Positions 1 to 9,549 of a stretch of DNA of 10,483 nt are shown here, one piece after another; within the stretch, counting starts at the first letter, position 1, and each line of letters begins with the position of its first letter. The stretch is from Paraspadella gotoi (Eukaryota > Animalia > Chaetognatha). Position numbers and translations under genes: made by a program. The DNA lies in the NCBI GenBank assembly GCA_051294375.1, contig JBJCIZ010001039.1, positions 1-10,483 on the forward strand. The letters are read 5' to 3'. The notes below the pieces were generated by a model. The model saw only the letters and a program-made list of their open reading frames with translations. It was not told where the DNA came from and made no database searches.

Positions 1-76
1 AAATTCTGATTATTCTTTATATAAACGAGAGAGACCTAATGTACGTTGGCGTATAAACGTTGGCGGGAAAACTGTC

Positions 77-79
<3 letters not shown>

Positions 80-110
<31 letters not shown>
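80..110. repeat. (TC)n microsatellite
   Basis: Perfect run of about 15 TC/CT units at 80-110. Confidence 0.97.
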
Positions 111-113
<3 letters not shown>

Positions 114-145
114 ACTCATACACGCATTTGTTTGTTTTATTTACG

Positions 146-203
146 ATGAATGATTCATCGCGTCAATGAATGACTATCATCGCATCAATGAATGACTATC
201 ATC
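146..203 (+). repeat. 20-22 bp tandem repeat, about 2.7 copies (ATGAATGACTATCATCGCATCA)
   Basis: Units start at 146 (atgaatgattcatcgcgtca), 166 (atgaatgactatcatcgcatca) and 188 (atgaatgactatcatc). Confidence 0.9.
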
Positions 204-519
204 ATGGCTTGATCCTTATGCTTTTAAGATTTTTATATAATAAATATTCATAGTACGATGTTGTTTATTCTTTACTTTTAGAATTTTTATTAAAGTTAAA
301 TTTAGAATTTTTACTATTCTTTTTAAGGACAAAAGAGATTAAGAGTGAATAAAAAGAAATGAAATAAAGTTATATAAGAATAAATCTTGTCCTTATTCTC
401 GGCTGTCCTTATTTAATCCAGAGATGCAGACGCGATCCGGGAGGCGGAGTGGAAACGCGCGGAGGCGCATGTTTTTTGAGGTGGCGAACTTGGACAAGAG
501 TCAAAAATTGGGGAGAAGG

Positions 520-561
520 GAGGCGAATGCGGAGGCGGAAAAAACGTTGCGCGTTCGCCTC
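520..561. other. GC-rich stem-loop
   Basis: gaggcgaatgcg (520-531) pairs with cgcgttcgcctc (550-561) with one G-T pair. It lies in a GC island with GGAGGCG at 440, 461, 519 and 531. Confidence 0.75.
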
Positions 562-746
562 TTGTGCTTTTGTTTTTATAGGCGAAAATCAAAAGGTTTT
601 TGCCAAATTAAAACCTTTCTATTGTTCCAAAAATTGTTCTTTTTTTTTCAAATTTAGATATTTCTAAATTCTGAAGCGTTTATCAGCTGCCATTGGTTTT
701 TTATTAACATATTTTTTATTAAAAAAAAAAGGTTCTGTTTATATTA

Positions 747-1302
747 GGGGGAGACTAACTCAGTAAGGTGGTTAAGAAATTGAATTCAGCACCTGCTCAA
801 ACGAAAATTTAGACATTTTAAAAAAAATTTGAATAGACAAAATTTTTTTATATTACTCCATACTCCATATATTAATTTTTTAATATTTATTTATAAATAG
901 GAAAGGCTAAAAATTTTTTTTAGATTTTTTTATTTTTAAAAGTTGTCTACACAAAGTATAATTCTTTTTTCGATATTTTGATCATAAGTATGTGAAAAAT
1001 ATGAAAAACTATTTATAATCATCATCATCATCATTTTTCGATAATTTTATTAAATTTTTTTTAATTTTGACCAAGAAACATAAATATTTTCGAAAGTTGT
1101 AGTTAAATTTTTTATTTAACTTTTTATGCTCTATCAGAATCCATCAAAAAAAGTTAAGATTGATTAAAAAAAAATTTTATCATTATATAGTAATATTGTA
1201 ATTTTAATAGCACCAATAAAAGCATTAAAATCGAACTTTTTTAAAAAATTCTTTTTTTACCTAAAAGTAGACTTTAAGACTAAAGTTTTGAACTTCCGCC
1301 CC
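747..1302. mobile_element. possible degraded MITE
   Basis: AT-rich non-coding block bounded by TA|GGGG (745-750) and CCCC|TA (1299-1304). Terminal similarity does not extend beyond this. Confidence 0.22.
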
Positions 1303-1424
1303 TATTCAATTTAATTTCATAGTAGATTTCTATTTATATCTATTTTATTTAATAAGTTGTACATAAGCATATATTTTATATCTTTTTCTTTATTGAAGTA
1401 ATCCTTTCTTTTTCATTGTTACTA

Positions 1425-1880
1425 TTAATTAGAGAATTGACAAAGTTTTTGTTTGCAACGAATTTTATTTATCGTTGAACAACATGTTTCATTTTTTACA
1501 AGTCTTCTCAGCGTTTGACAGAATGGTTTAAAATTGTGCAGAAGAAGAGAGAGAAGAGAGAAGAAGAGAGAATAGGTAAATTTTCCAACAAAGTGGTGAA
1601 CAGAAATATCGTGGTCAGATGAAGGATCAGCGTAAGAATGCAGAGACGTTGAATAAGTCTGTAAAAAGTATTCGAGAGAGAGAGAAGACACAGGCAATAA
1701 TATACGACATAAAACCCCTATTATCTCTCTCTCTTCTCTTATCCAATTTCCTAAAACCATTCTGTCAACACCGCTATGAAGACTTGTAGACAAACACAAG
1801 TAAAAGATCTGTTCAACTATAAAAAAATTGTTGCAACAACAAAACTTTGTCAATTCCTCTATATCTTTTTCTTTAAGCAT
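1425..1880 (-). CDS. hypothetical 151-aa ORF, probably not a genuine gene
   Basis: Longest ORF in the track, but almost coextensive with the fold-back element and it reads through a CT-rich tract. No recognisable domain. Confidence 0.15.
   Translation of the reverse strand: MLKEKDIEELTKFCCCNNFFIVEQIFYLCLSTSLHSGVDRMVLGNWIREEREIIGVLCRILLPVSSLSLEYFLQTYSTSLHSYADPSSDHDISVHHFVGKFTYSLFFSLLSLLLHNFKPFCQTLRRLVKNETCCSTINKIRCKQKLCQFSN
1432..1859. mobile_element. fold-back/MITE-like element with ~145-bp imperfect inverted arms and TA flanks
   Basis: Exact inverted blocks: 1434-1449/1841-1856 (16 bp), 1497-1507/1778-1788 (11 bp), 1515-1529/1754-1768 (15 bp), plus mirrored GA/TC tracts. Centre ~1643, loop ~140 bp, TA at 1430-1431 and 1860-1861. 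Confidence 0.75.
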
Positions 1881-2000
1881 TCTTCACTCAATTTATTCTT
1901 TTTATTTTAAACAAAAATAATAATTGTTAATTTATCCCATGAAATTTAATTAAATTTGTAACTTTTTATCTTGAATATTTAATTAAATCATTATTCATAA

Positions 2001-2599
2001 TCTATATCTATTATTATTTACTATTGATTTTCATTAACTCAACTAATTTTTGTTATCTACATCATTTTCTAACTGGCATTTTTTGAATTTTCACATCATA
2101 TTTTAACTGGCCATATCCTTTTTTAAACTGCATAATTTTCAACATGTATTTTATTATTATATTTACAACTTGAATCTATATTTGAGATTTGCATTATTTT
2201 TAACCTAGTAATTTGAATCTGCATCATTTTTTTTAATTTGTATTATTTTTCCACTTCATACCATTTTTATTTGATCATTTTTATTTCCAACGTATGCTCA
2301 TCATTTTTTAAATAATTCATATTTTATCATAATACACCAATTAAAGATAAAATTTATTATTATATTTATTTATATTTTAAAATTAACAAATTAAAGTTTT
2401 GTCACTGACCATTCGACGAATTTAACAAAAAATATCATATAACATAAACTCATAAATACATTTTCTTAACAAAAATGCCGAGGCGTCATAGGGCAATCGG
2501 AGCATACGGGCAAAAAACAGACGAACGAACGCAAAACGGACGGCGAGGGGGGTCTGGCGGGCGATGTAGCGGGGCAAATCACCGCCCAGCGCATCCTGG
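2001..2599 (+). mobile_element. non-autonomous Helitron-like element
   Basis: 5' A|TCTATATCTATT at 2000/2001 and 3' CTGG|T (CTRR) at 2596-2600. Imperfect hairpin gggcgatg (2559-2566)/caccgccc (2580-2587) ends 12 nt before the terminus. AT target, no TSD, internal degenerate catcatttt/aactgg repeats. Confidence 0.6.
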
Positions 2600-2606
2600 T
2601 TTAAAT

Positions 2607-4799
2607 CTATCTCTTCTCAATCCTTTTCAATAATTGCAAAATTTCTTTTTTTAAATGTTTGACTCTATCTCGTAAGTTTTGTGAGAATGGAAATGCTCGA
2701 GAGGAATCAACTGTACATTAATCAATATATTTTCTTAACTTTTACACTTTACGTCAAATCTAGAAAGTTGGGGGCGGTTAAACCTCGTGTGATTTATCAT
2801 CATCTCGCTCGTTTCTTCCGCTCATTCACTCCTCTCCGCTTCTCGAGCTTTAAAACTCGCCTTGGTCGTTTGATTCGATCTCTCGATGTTCTAAGAGGGA
2901 CCAAAGGTTTGTCCGATTCGTTCGATAAGCCCCCGTCATAAATATGCGGGTTTCGATTCCCATTTCCGTTTGAACTCCGACGGATGTCTTTTTGATTGGG
3001 GTGACGTTTGCCGAGAGAAAAGAGCAGAGAGCGATGGAGGCCGTCGCAAGCGATGGAAAGAGCGAATGGAGGTCGTTTTCATCTCGCAGGCATCATCGAG
3101 GCGATGCGAAAAAGCAGTTTCACCGTCGCTCTGCTATCGGGAGTTGCTGGGCTGCAAAACCGTTGCGACTGTAATGGCGACGAGGAAGTCAAATTTTTGC
3201 GGTCGGCTCTGAAGGGAAAAATCTCAGTTTGCGAGGATAAAGGGGGAGGGGTGGTAGAGCCGAGGGGGACCCTCTCTTTTTTCTTCTTCTAGTTTTAGGC
3301 CCATGTCTTCGTCGGCGCTAAGATCAATGGTTCTGACGAATCGGCGTCGTTAATCAATCAAAATACGTCGACATTTGATGTAAAGAAAGAAAAGAGAGAG
3401 AAATTAACATATTAATTTGAATAGTCTAAATGCATTACTTTTTCTTCCGTCATTAAACCCAAGAAGATTGAAAATCATAACCAATCGCTATAGACGGCAT
3501 TCATAAACATTGTTGTCAAGTAACCAATGCCGAGAGTACTGATAGTGGAAAAAATAACGAAAGGCCATCGCTTGTACGCCATATTTTAAAGAACGTTAAT
3601 AATTTCCATGCATTTCTGATGTGTCGATTTTAACGACGAAGCCAGAAGATCGTGTGCATGAACACGAGACCAACCACGCGCGATACAGATCTTTGAGACA
3701 ATGGTCGATTTCTCGTTGACGGGCGATTTTCCATATTTCGAAGACTCGCGAAAGAGATTTATATTTGATGCGCCAAAATTTACATTTTTATATTTGTTCC
3801 AGGTTAGTTTGGTAAAGAATGTTAGTCGAACAATCTTCAATAGTCACACGAACGCAGATATCTGACTTTTTGTCGTCTTTGTTCCAACGTTATAAACCAG
3901 TTAGTAAGAGATAAATATATCTATCAATTCCAAGGTCCGTTTCCAAATTTATTAAGATTGAAGAGCTACGAGAACAAATCTGTCATGTCTAACGAGAGAG
4001 GGGGTAATCGTACATTAAGAATTTAAAACTCTTGTTTATAAATCTACCTTCAAAATATTTACAGACATTACCTCATACGATCTGAAAAATAAAACGTCAG
4101 AGCATTACATGAACACAGAATTTACTTCTCTCTGCCCATATAAATGATACTTATAAAAAATTTTTGTATCCTCCTTAAAGATGGTGTTATGAATACTATA
4201 ACATGTAACGCCAAATCTTCCCTCGATACAAAATGGCTAAAGGCAAGCAGGCGGCGTAACTCGACCATTACATAAATGATAACTCGCACCAATGTTCTGA
4301 GAAGACAATCATTCCTTCGGAAGATGGCGACATTCGTTGTTATGAAAAAATAGTTTTGAGTTAGTTTTTAACCGGATATATATAGGTCATCAAGTAGCCG
4401 TCGTAAAGAGCCTATCCATAAACATCCCAATAAAATGAAGTCGGGCGCGCGAGTGCTCAGATTCTACAAACATCTTCCTTCGCCTCTCCAAAGAATGAGG
4501 CAATCGCTCCGACGACGACGATAATTACGTCGGCAGTTACGCGAGTGATCGAGCGGTGAAATTTCGTGAAGATTCGATCACCTCGATGAGAAGTGAAGAG
4601 ATGTTCGCTAAAAAGCCAAAATGTATTTTGATAACTTCTTGGTGGCGAAGAGAACTCTCAGCCACTCCGGAGTCATAAACCAAAAGTTTTTGACGAATCT
4701 CGACAAAGTCTTCTCTTTAACGAGTCTATCTCGCGTCGCCATTTTTTTTTTCTTCTTTTCATCTGATATAAATAATGTATTTTAAGCATAATCTGCCAT
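2607..4799 (-). pseudogene. disrupted multi-exon gene (possibly two) of unknown function, with a Cys/His-rich middle and basic, coiled-coil-like C-terminus
   Basis: GC-richer coding-like blocks with introns 4125-4082 (44 nt, ends TTTTTCAG), 4047-3989 (59 nt) and 2752-2711 (42 nt). Ends LRDRVKHLKKEILQLLKRIEKR* at 2607. ATG candidates at 4799 and 4742. Stops and probable frameshifts leave the true frame ambiguous. Confidence 0.55.
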
Positions 4800-4899
4800 T
4801 TATTTTATTTTTTTTTTGGAAAGCTTAATAGTAACGATTACATAGATGGCATTCCATTATAAACAATTATATGTTGTTTTGAGTTGTTTTTTTTTTAGA

Positions 4900-6303
4900 T
4901 CACTTTGACGATCTTTGGATCAATTTAGCTCCATGCCAATTCAATCGCGCTTAAGAGATTCCGGCAATAGACTAAAACAAAACACCAGATTTTGAATCCT
5001 AAAATACGGACGCAAAGACACGTAACCTCGACAACTCGGACCTGGTCTTGTAGACGTCATCGAAATTCCAAACTCTCCGTCACGGCATAACGCGGGCCGT
5101 AACTGTGTCGGCTATGTTGCTGAGACCTCCAGTTCTTCAGCTCGCTTTGGCTTTCGTTCGACAGATGAATGAGACGTTCCATCTCCTCTTTGTCACGGTG
5201 ATTTTATGTGACGGTCGATGGCTCGAGATTTTGAAGCGATCTTAGAACCGATCTTCCGTGCCAATAGAGATTATGGACGTATCTCTCCTTGTAGATCCAA
5301 ATGCCACCCATCCTCGTGAACTGACAATACTATGGAGAAAGAACCAGTATCAGAAGACCATCTTGACCACGGTGCATTCGTCAATCCATCGGACTCGTGT
5401 AGTTATTGCGAGAGACAGATTTTTGAGGTCTAAAAAATAAATTAAAAAAAATTAAGCAGAGAAAAAAGAGAGAGAGAACAAGATATATTTTTTTCATACC
5501 ATCTTGCTTGCATTCTTCGTTCGCATTGTCGAGAGACCTGCCGGTACTCTGATTGGCATTGTCCGCTAGAAATGTTTCGATTAAACGACCGATTGATGAT
5601 AGAATTACGTATCTCCCTGACTCGAATTCAATCCAAGCGCACTAAATATACAAATATTGATAATAAAAATATATAAATTAAAGATAAGAATAATATAACC
5701 TTTTTTGCGGCATGTTTTGTTCGAATTCATCTCTGCGTCTAATTTCTTCTTAACGAATCAACTCCAATTGATTTCTTTAAAATTGTAAATTAATGTCAGT
5801 CAGAATTGATTCAGCTGAAGGAGACAGATAGAATATTAAAAAAACATTAAAGGGATCATTATATAGTGTTACTTGTTTTTTTCATGATGCATACTTCTCC
5901 AAAGCTCGCTCTGAATGATTTGTAATTTAACTGATGACAAATTTCGCAGGAGTTATAAACTAAATAAAAAAAAACATATACAATATTTAATTCTTATCAT
6001 AGTTCTTAATATTAAATACCGAATTTCACAGATAGCGAGGTTGGCTTTATTGCAAAATTTTTTTTCAAAACATGAAACAGATGGGTCCCTATTTTAACGG
6101 GAAGGGAAAAAGAGTCTTATGTTTTTAACAGAAATACTTTATACAGCGATCTTTGGATCGATGAGAAAATAAAATTTTTTTAAAAAACCAAAGACACACT
6201 TTTTTTATCTTACTTGATGCAGGATAAAATTTTATCTTTCGTCGTAAAATTCAAAAAACAAACTGGAACAATTAAAGATGTAACAATCTTGGTAAACCTC
6301 CAT
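4900..6303 (-). pseudogene. disrupted multi-exon gene with degenerate C2H2-like zinc fingers and a coiled coil
   Basis: GT-AG introns at 6137-6089, 6019-5960, 5872-5815, 5699-5642, 5499-5430 and 5026-4972, plus a donor at 6213 with a non-canonical acceptor. Peptides include FNCSS..EF..NFILHQ, EKKFCNKANL, SCEICHQ..SERALEK, QF*RNQLELIR*EEIRRRDEFEQ and DKEEMERLIHLSNESQSELKNW. Upstream exons up to ~6653 are possible. Confidence 0.65.
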
Positions 6304-6661
6304 ATAAAGAAAATATCTTAATAAACCGACAATCTGAGAAAATCAGAAAAGACGAGCTTTTTATAGCAATGAAAATCTGCGAGGGCGACAAACGAAAAAA
6401 AAGGTTAACAAAAAAATAGATGGTAAAATTTCAACAAATAAAATGTAAAAGTTTAACCCTCCCCCCTCCAAGAACATTGCGGAATGTCGCTTAAAGAAAG
6501 ATCAAAATCTAAAATATAGGATTTTTTAGAGGGGCCAAAAGACATTTATTCTTCTTATCACAACAACTTTTTTTAAGTTTCTTTATCGAATCTTTATTTT
6601 CATTGTTCTCATTCACATCATTCTCTACCGCCTTCCGCGTCTCCTTCCGCCATTTCGAAAG

Positions 6662-9520
6662 ATGCATTCTTTCATCATTCATTTCTTTTCTTGATTCCAA
6701 GCATCAGAGATTTGGGACCTACGATGTAAGCTAATTGTTTATTATCTTTTCGCCTTTCCATTGGCAAAAGAAAGATTTTTTTTTCCTAAAGTGGAAAATT
6801 GGTCCCGATGACATTCCGCCTGGAAAACGGTCGACCGAAGGTCTCATGACGTCAACGACGAGCCCGGCAATCGCACTCGATAAAAACTACTATTCACGAC
6901 TAAAACCTTCTCTTCTACTCCCACCTTCAATAAAAGACGACGACGATTGCTTCATTACAAGGACTCATCTCTTCAATAAGTCGCCCATTTAACACAGTCA
7001 TCATCATTCATCGGATAAGAATCAATTGCAACCTCTCTTCCATCCACTCAATACAAAGACGGCAGCGTTCTCAAAAACAAAGGACTCAACTTTTGACACA
7101 TCGCCACATCAACCACAATCAGTCTATAAATCTTCGTGATATTACAAGTCCAATTGCAACGAAGGCAACTTGATTTCTTCAACTAGACATCCACACCAGT
7201 CCAACAAACCTTCACATTTCATCGGATATTGAGTCAAAAACACAGCCCACAATCACTACAAAATCATCAATCACTTCTTTATCAATATTGCGAGTCAATG
7301 CACAGGCCAATAATTTATCGACAGACCATCCACATCAGTCACCAAACCTCTTCATCATTTCATCGAAATTACGAGTCAATAACACCACCACAATCTAAAT
7401 CAATCATACATCACTCTTATACTATTACGAATCAATGCAACAGGAGCAACTTGATTTCATCGACGAGACATCCAAGTCGAGTCCAACCACACTTTCCCTA
7501 ATCATCGAGTAGACAAGTCCAACGCCACGAAGAACAGCTCGGTCTTTCACGAGAGGATCCACGAAGAAAACGCTACGAAACGGCTGCTCGATCTTCAGCA
7601 TCATCGACGGATTCTGAAACAACTGGATGATGAGTAAATTAAAGATTTTTTCTATACTTATAAAAGATGGTGGGCCTAATATAGTTTTTTTATTAATAGT
7701 TAGAATTAGAAATTAGAATGGTAAAAGACTTCTAATTTCGTTAATCATCATCGTCGTCGTGATCGTCTCGTCATGGATCGGATCCTACTTAAAGAGGCGT
7801 AGAGACAAGGATTTCAAGGAGAAGGAGAGGAAGAAGATATAGAAATGACAAGGCTAATTGAAGAGAGAGAGGAAGGTGAAGAGAAAGAGGTGGGTAAGGA
7901 ATATTTAGAACCACTTCGCTCAGCGTAATGACCGAAATGCCAAACAAGAGATGGAAGAATTACAATTACTGCCAGAAGCTCCGAGATTCTGGAAGAGAGA
8001 GAGGAAGAAGAAAGAGGGAAGAGGATTTCAAATACAGCGGAGCTGAAGATGGGTGTGATGGCGAAAGAACAAGATGAAACAAGATTTGTAGAAGAGAACG
8101 AGAACAGAAAGAATTGAAATGGAAGAGAAATACGACAGATTTATGAGGGAGTAGAGAGAGAGCTATAAAGAGAAAGGGGGCGATAGAGACATAAAGAAGA
8201 GAGAGAAGAGGGATGGCCGGCGAGAGTGGACGAGTTTGAGGATTACGAAGAGATAGTAAAAAATTAAATATATTTAAAAAAAAAGTTTAATCACTTTATT
8301 CTCTTCATCAGAGATGACGTAGTTATTGGATGATCGAATGGAGTATGGACTACGAATGGTGACAATGATATATTGTATAGCAATCGTAATAAATATTATA
8401 AGTTAGATAAATGTACTAAATAAAACCGCGTTAGTGCCAAGTGTTACAGATCTTTTTTCAAATAAAGAATCTATGTAAATCTTTTAGAAACAATTGCTCT
8501 GCGTAGGTTTAAATCTTTAAGCAAGGAAAAATATATGTGGGTGAAGTCATTCATGTTATTGTATAAAGAAAACCGCATTTTTTTTTTCAATACAATGATT
8601 TTTATGAATAGTTCTGCGAGGATTAAAATCTGTTTAATCTTTTCTATTAAAAATAAGTGTAGTAGGTGAAGTATTCATGCCCCATTTGCGCAATAGAAGT
8701 ACAGTATATAAATAAAAGACGGTGATGTCTTTCGACAGCGCATTTAAAATGTCAGCGAAAGCGATCTCATAAAATTGTCACAAATAGAATTTTACAAATT
8801 GCCACAAAGTCAAAAATTTGCATAACAACTAAAAAACAAGCATTGATTTACAAAAATAAATAATATCATGACTTTAAGATTTTCTTAAATGCATCAAAAG
8901 AGTAAACTAGAAAATTTATCCTTTTATGAAAACATCTGAAACAAAAGACACTACAAAGCAAACGCGATCATGAGGAGAAAACTGAGATGAACTCATAATA
9001 AAAAGTGGAAAAATCCAGAAGAAATAAACTCTTTATCAGATACTGGTCAAGAAAAAGCGAATTAGACTTTGCAGTAAGGGAACGAAACATCAAATCGCTA
9101 TATATTTTTACTGAAGAACACAATAAGATTGAAAAATTTATAACTAAAAATGAATTAATAAAATGAAATGTCTAAGGGTTTACATAAGGGACTAAAAATG
9201 AAAAGCTAAATAATTAATTGGAAACAAATGATCCCATTCGCGTAGAAACTTGGTATAAATTAGTCTCATCGACTTTAAAGAATTATTCCTAAGTCTAACA
9301 AAAATTAAACAAGTTTATGTCGATCCTGAAAGAATCGATTCGACGATCAAAAAGAAGACGAAGACACCACTACGAATAGAATGGACAAATTTACTTAGAA
9401 TAGTATTACGTAGAAACGAAGAAGAAGAAGCAAATAAGTTTTTGTCCTGGTCAACAGGAGTGACAACGAGGACGACGAATTACTACGAAGCAAAGACTTT
9501 GACCGTCTCAAAATTAAGGG
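6662..9520 (+). pseudogene. large disrupted multi-exon gene: repeat region, Glu-rich region, zinc finger and segment resembling the Polinton pPolB N-terminus
   Basis: Introns 6726-6791, 7634-7699, 8256-8311 and 8402-8449. Glu-rich tract ~7810-8255. From 8678 one frame reads CPICAIEVQYINKRR*CLSTAHLKC...YHDFKIFLNASKE...IEKFITKNELI...ETNDPIRVETWYKLVSSTLK...QKLNKF. Start and end are approximate. Confidence 0.55.
7140..7495 (+). repeat. degenerate ~141-bp tandem repeat, about 2.5 copies, inside an exon
   Basis: Unit starts tatt(a/g)c(a/g)a(g/a)tc at 7140, 7286 and 7423. gcaacttgatttc occurs at 7165 and 7446. A gagtcaa.aacac sub-repeat occurs at ~7231 and ~7373. Confidence 0.8.
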
Positions 9521-9549
9521 CATTTTTAATTGTCGATTTTTTAAATTTT

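Larger units (their letters stand above)
14..565 (+). mobile_element. possible non-autonomous Helitron/Helentron-like element
   Basis: Begins TCTTTATATAAA at 14. Short inverted repeat gagagagac (27-35)/gtctctctc (79-87), microsatellite and minisatellite near the 5' end. GC-rich stem-loop 520-561 followed by TTGT. Layout resembles DINE-1/Helentron-type elements; boundaries inferred. Confidence 0.3.

Noticed and set aside
424-667. Two short plus-strand ORFs
   Set aside because: They arise from a GC island plus T-rich tract in a repeat-like block and have no domain.
1018-1034. (ATC)n run resembling the adenovirus CATCATCA terminus
   Set aside because: It is a plain trinucleotide microsatellite without the downstream AATAATATACC origin core.
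1377-1875. Direct repeat tatatctttttcttta near both sides of the fold-back element as a TSD
   Set aside because: It is low complexity and the left copy lies ~40 bp from the element edge.
2681-3292. Four overlapping plus-strand ORFs
   Set aside because: They are antisense to the spliced minus-strand gene and show no plus-strand splice signals or domains.
3586-3840. VHAH in the 84-aa ORF as an HUH endonuclease motif
   Set aside because: It is followed by D rather than a hydrophobic run, no YxxK motif is seen, and another frame looks more protein-like.
5258-6097. Two 60-aa plus-strand ORFs (5258..5440, 5915..6097)
   Set aside because: They are antisense to the zinc-finger gene and run through its introns.
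4909-6159. 13-bp direct repeat cgatctttggatc at 4909 and 6147
   Set aside because: Both copies are inside inferred exons with no extension; compatible with chance.
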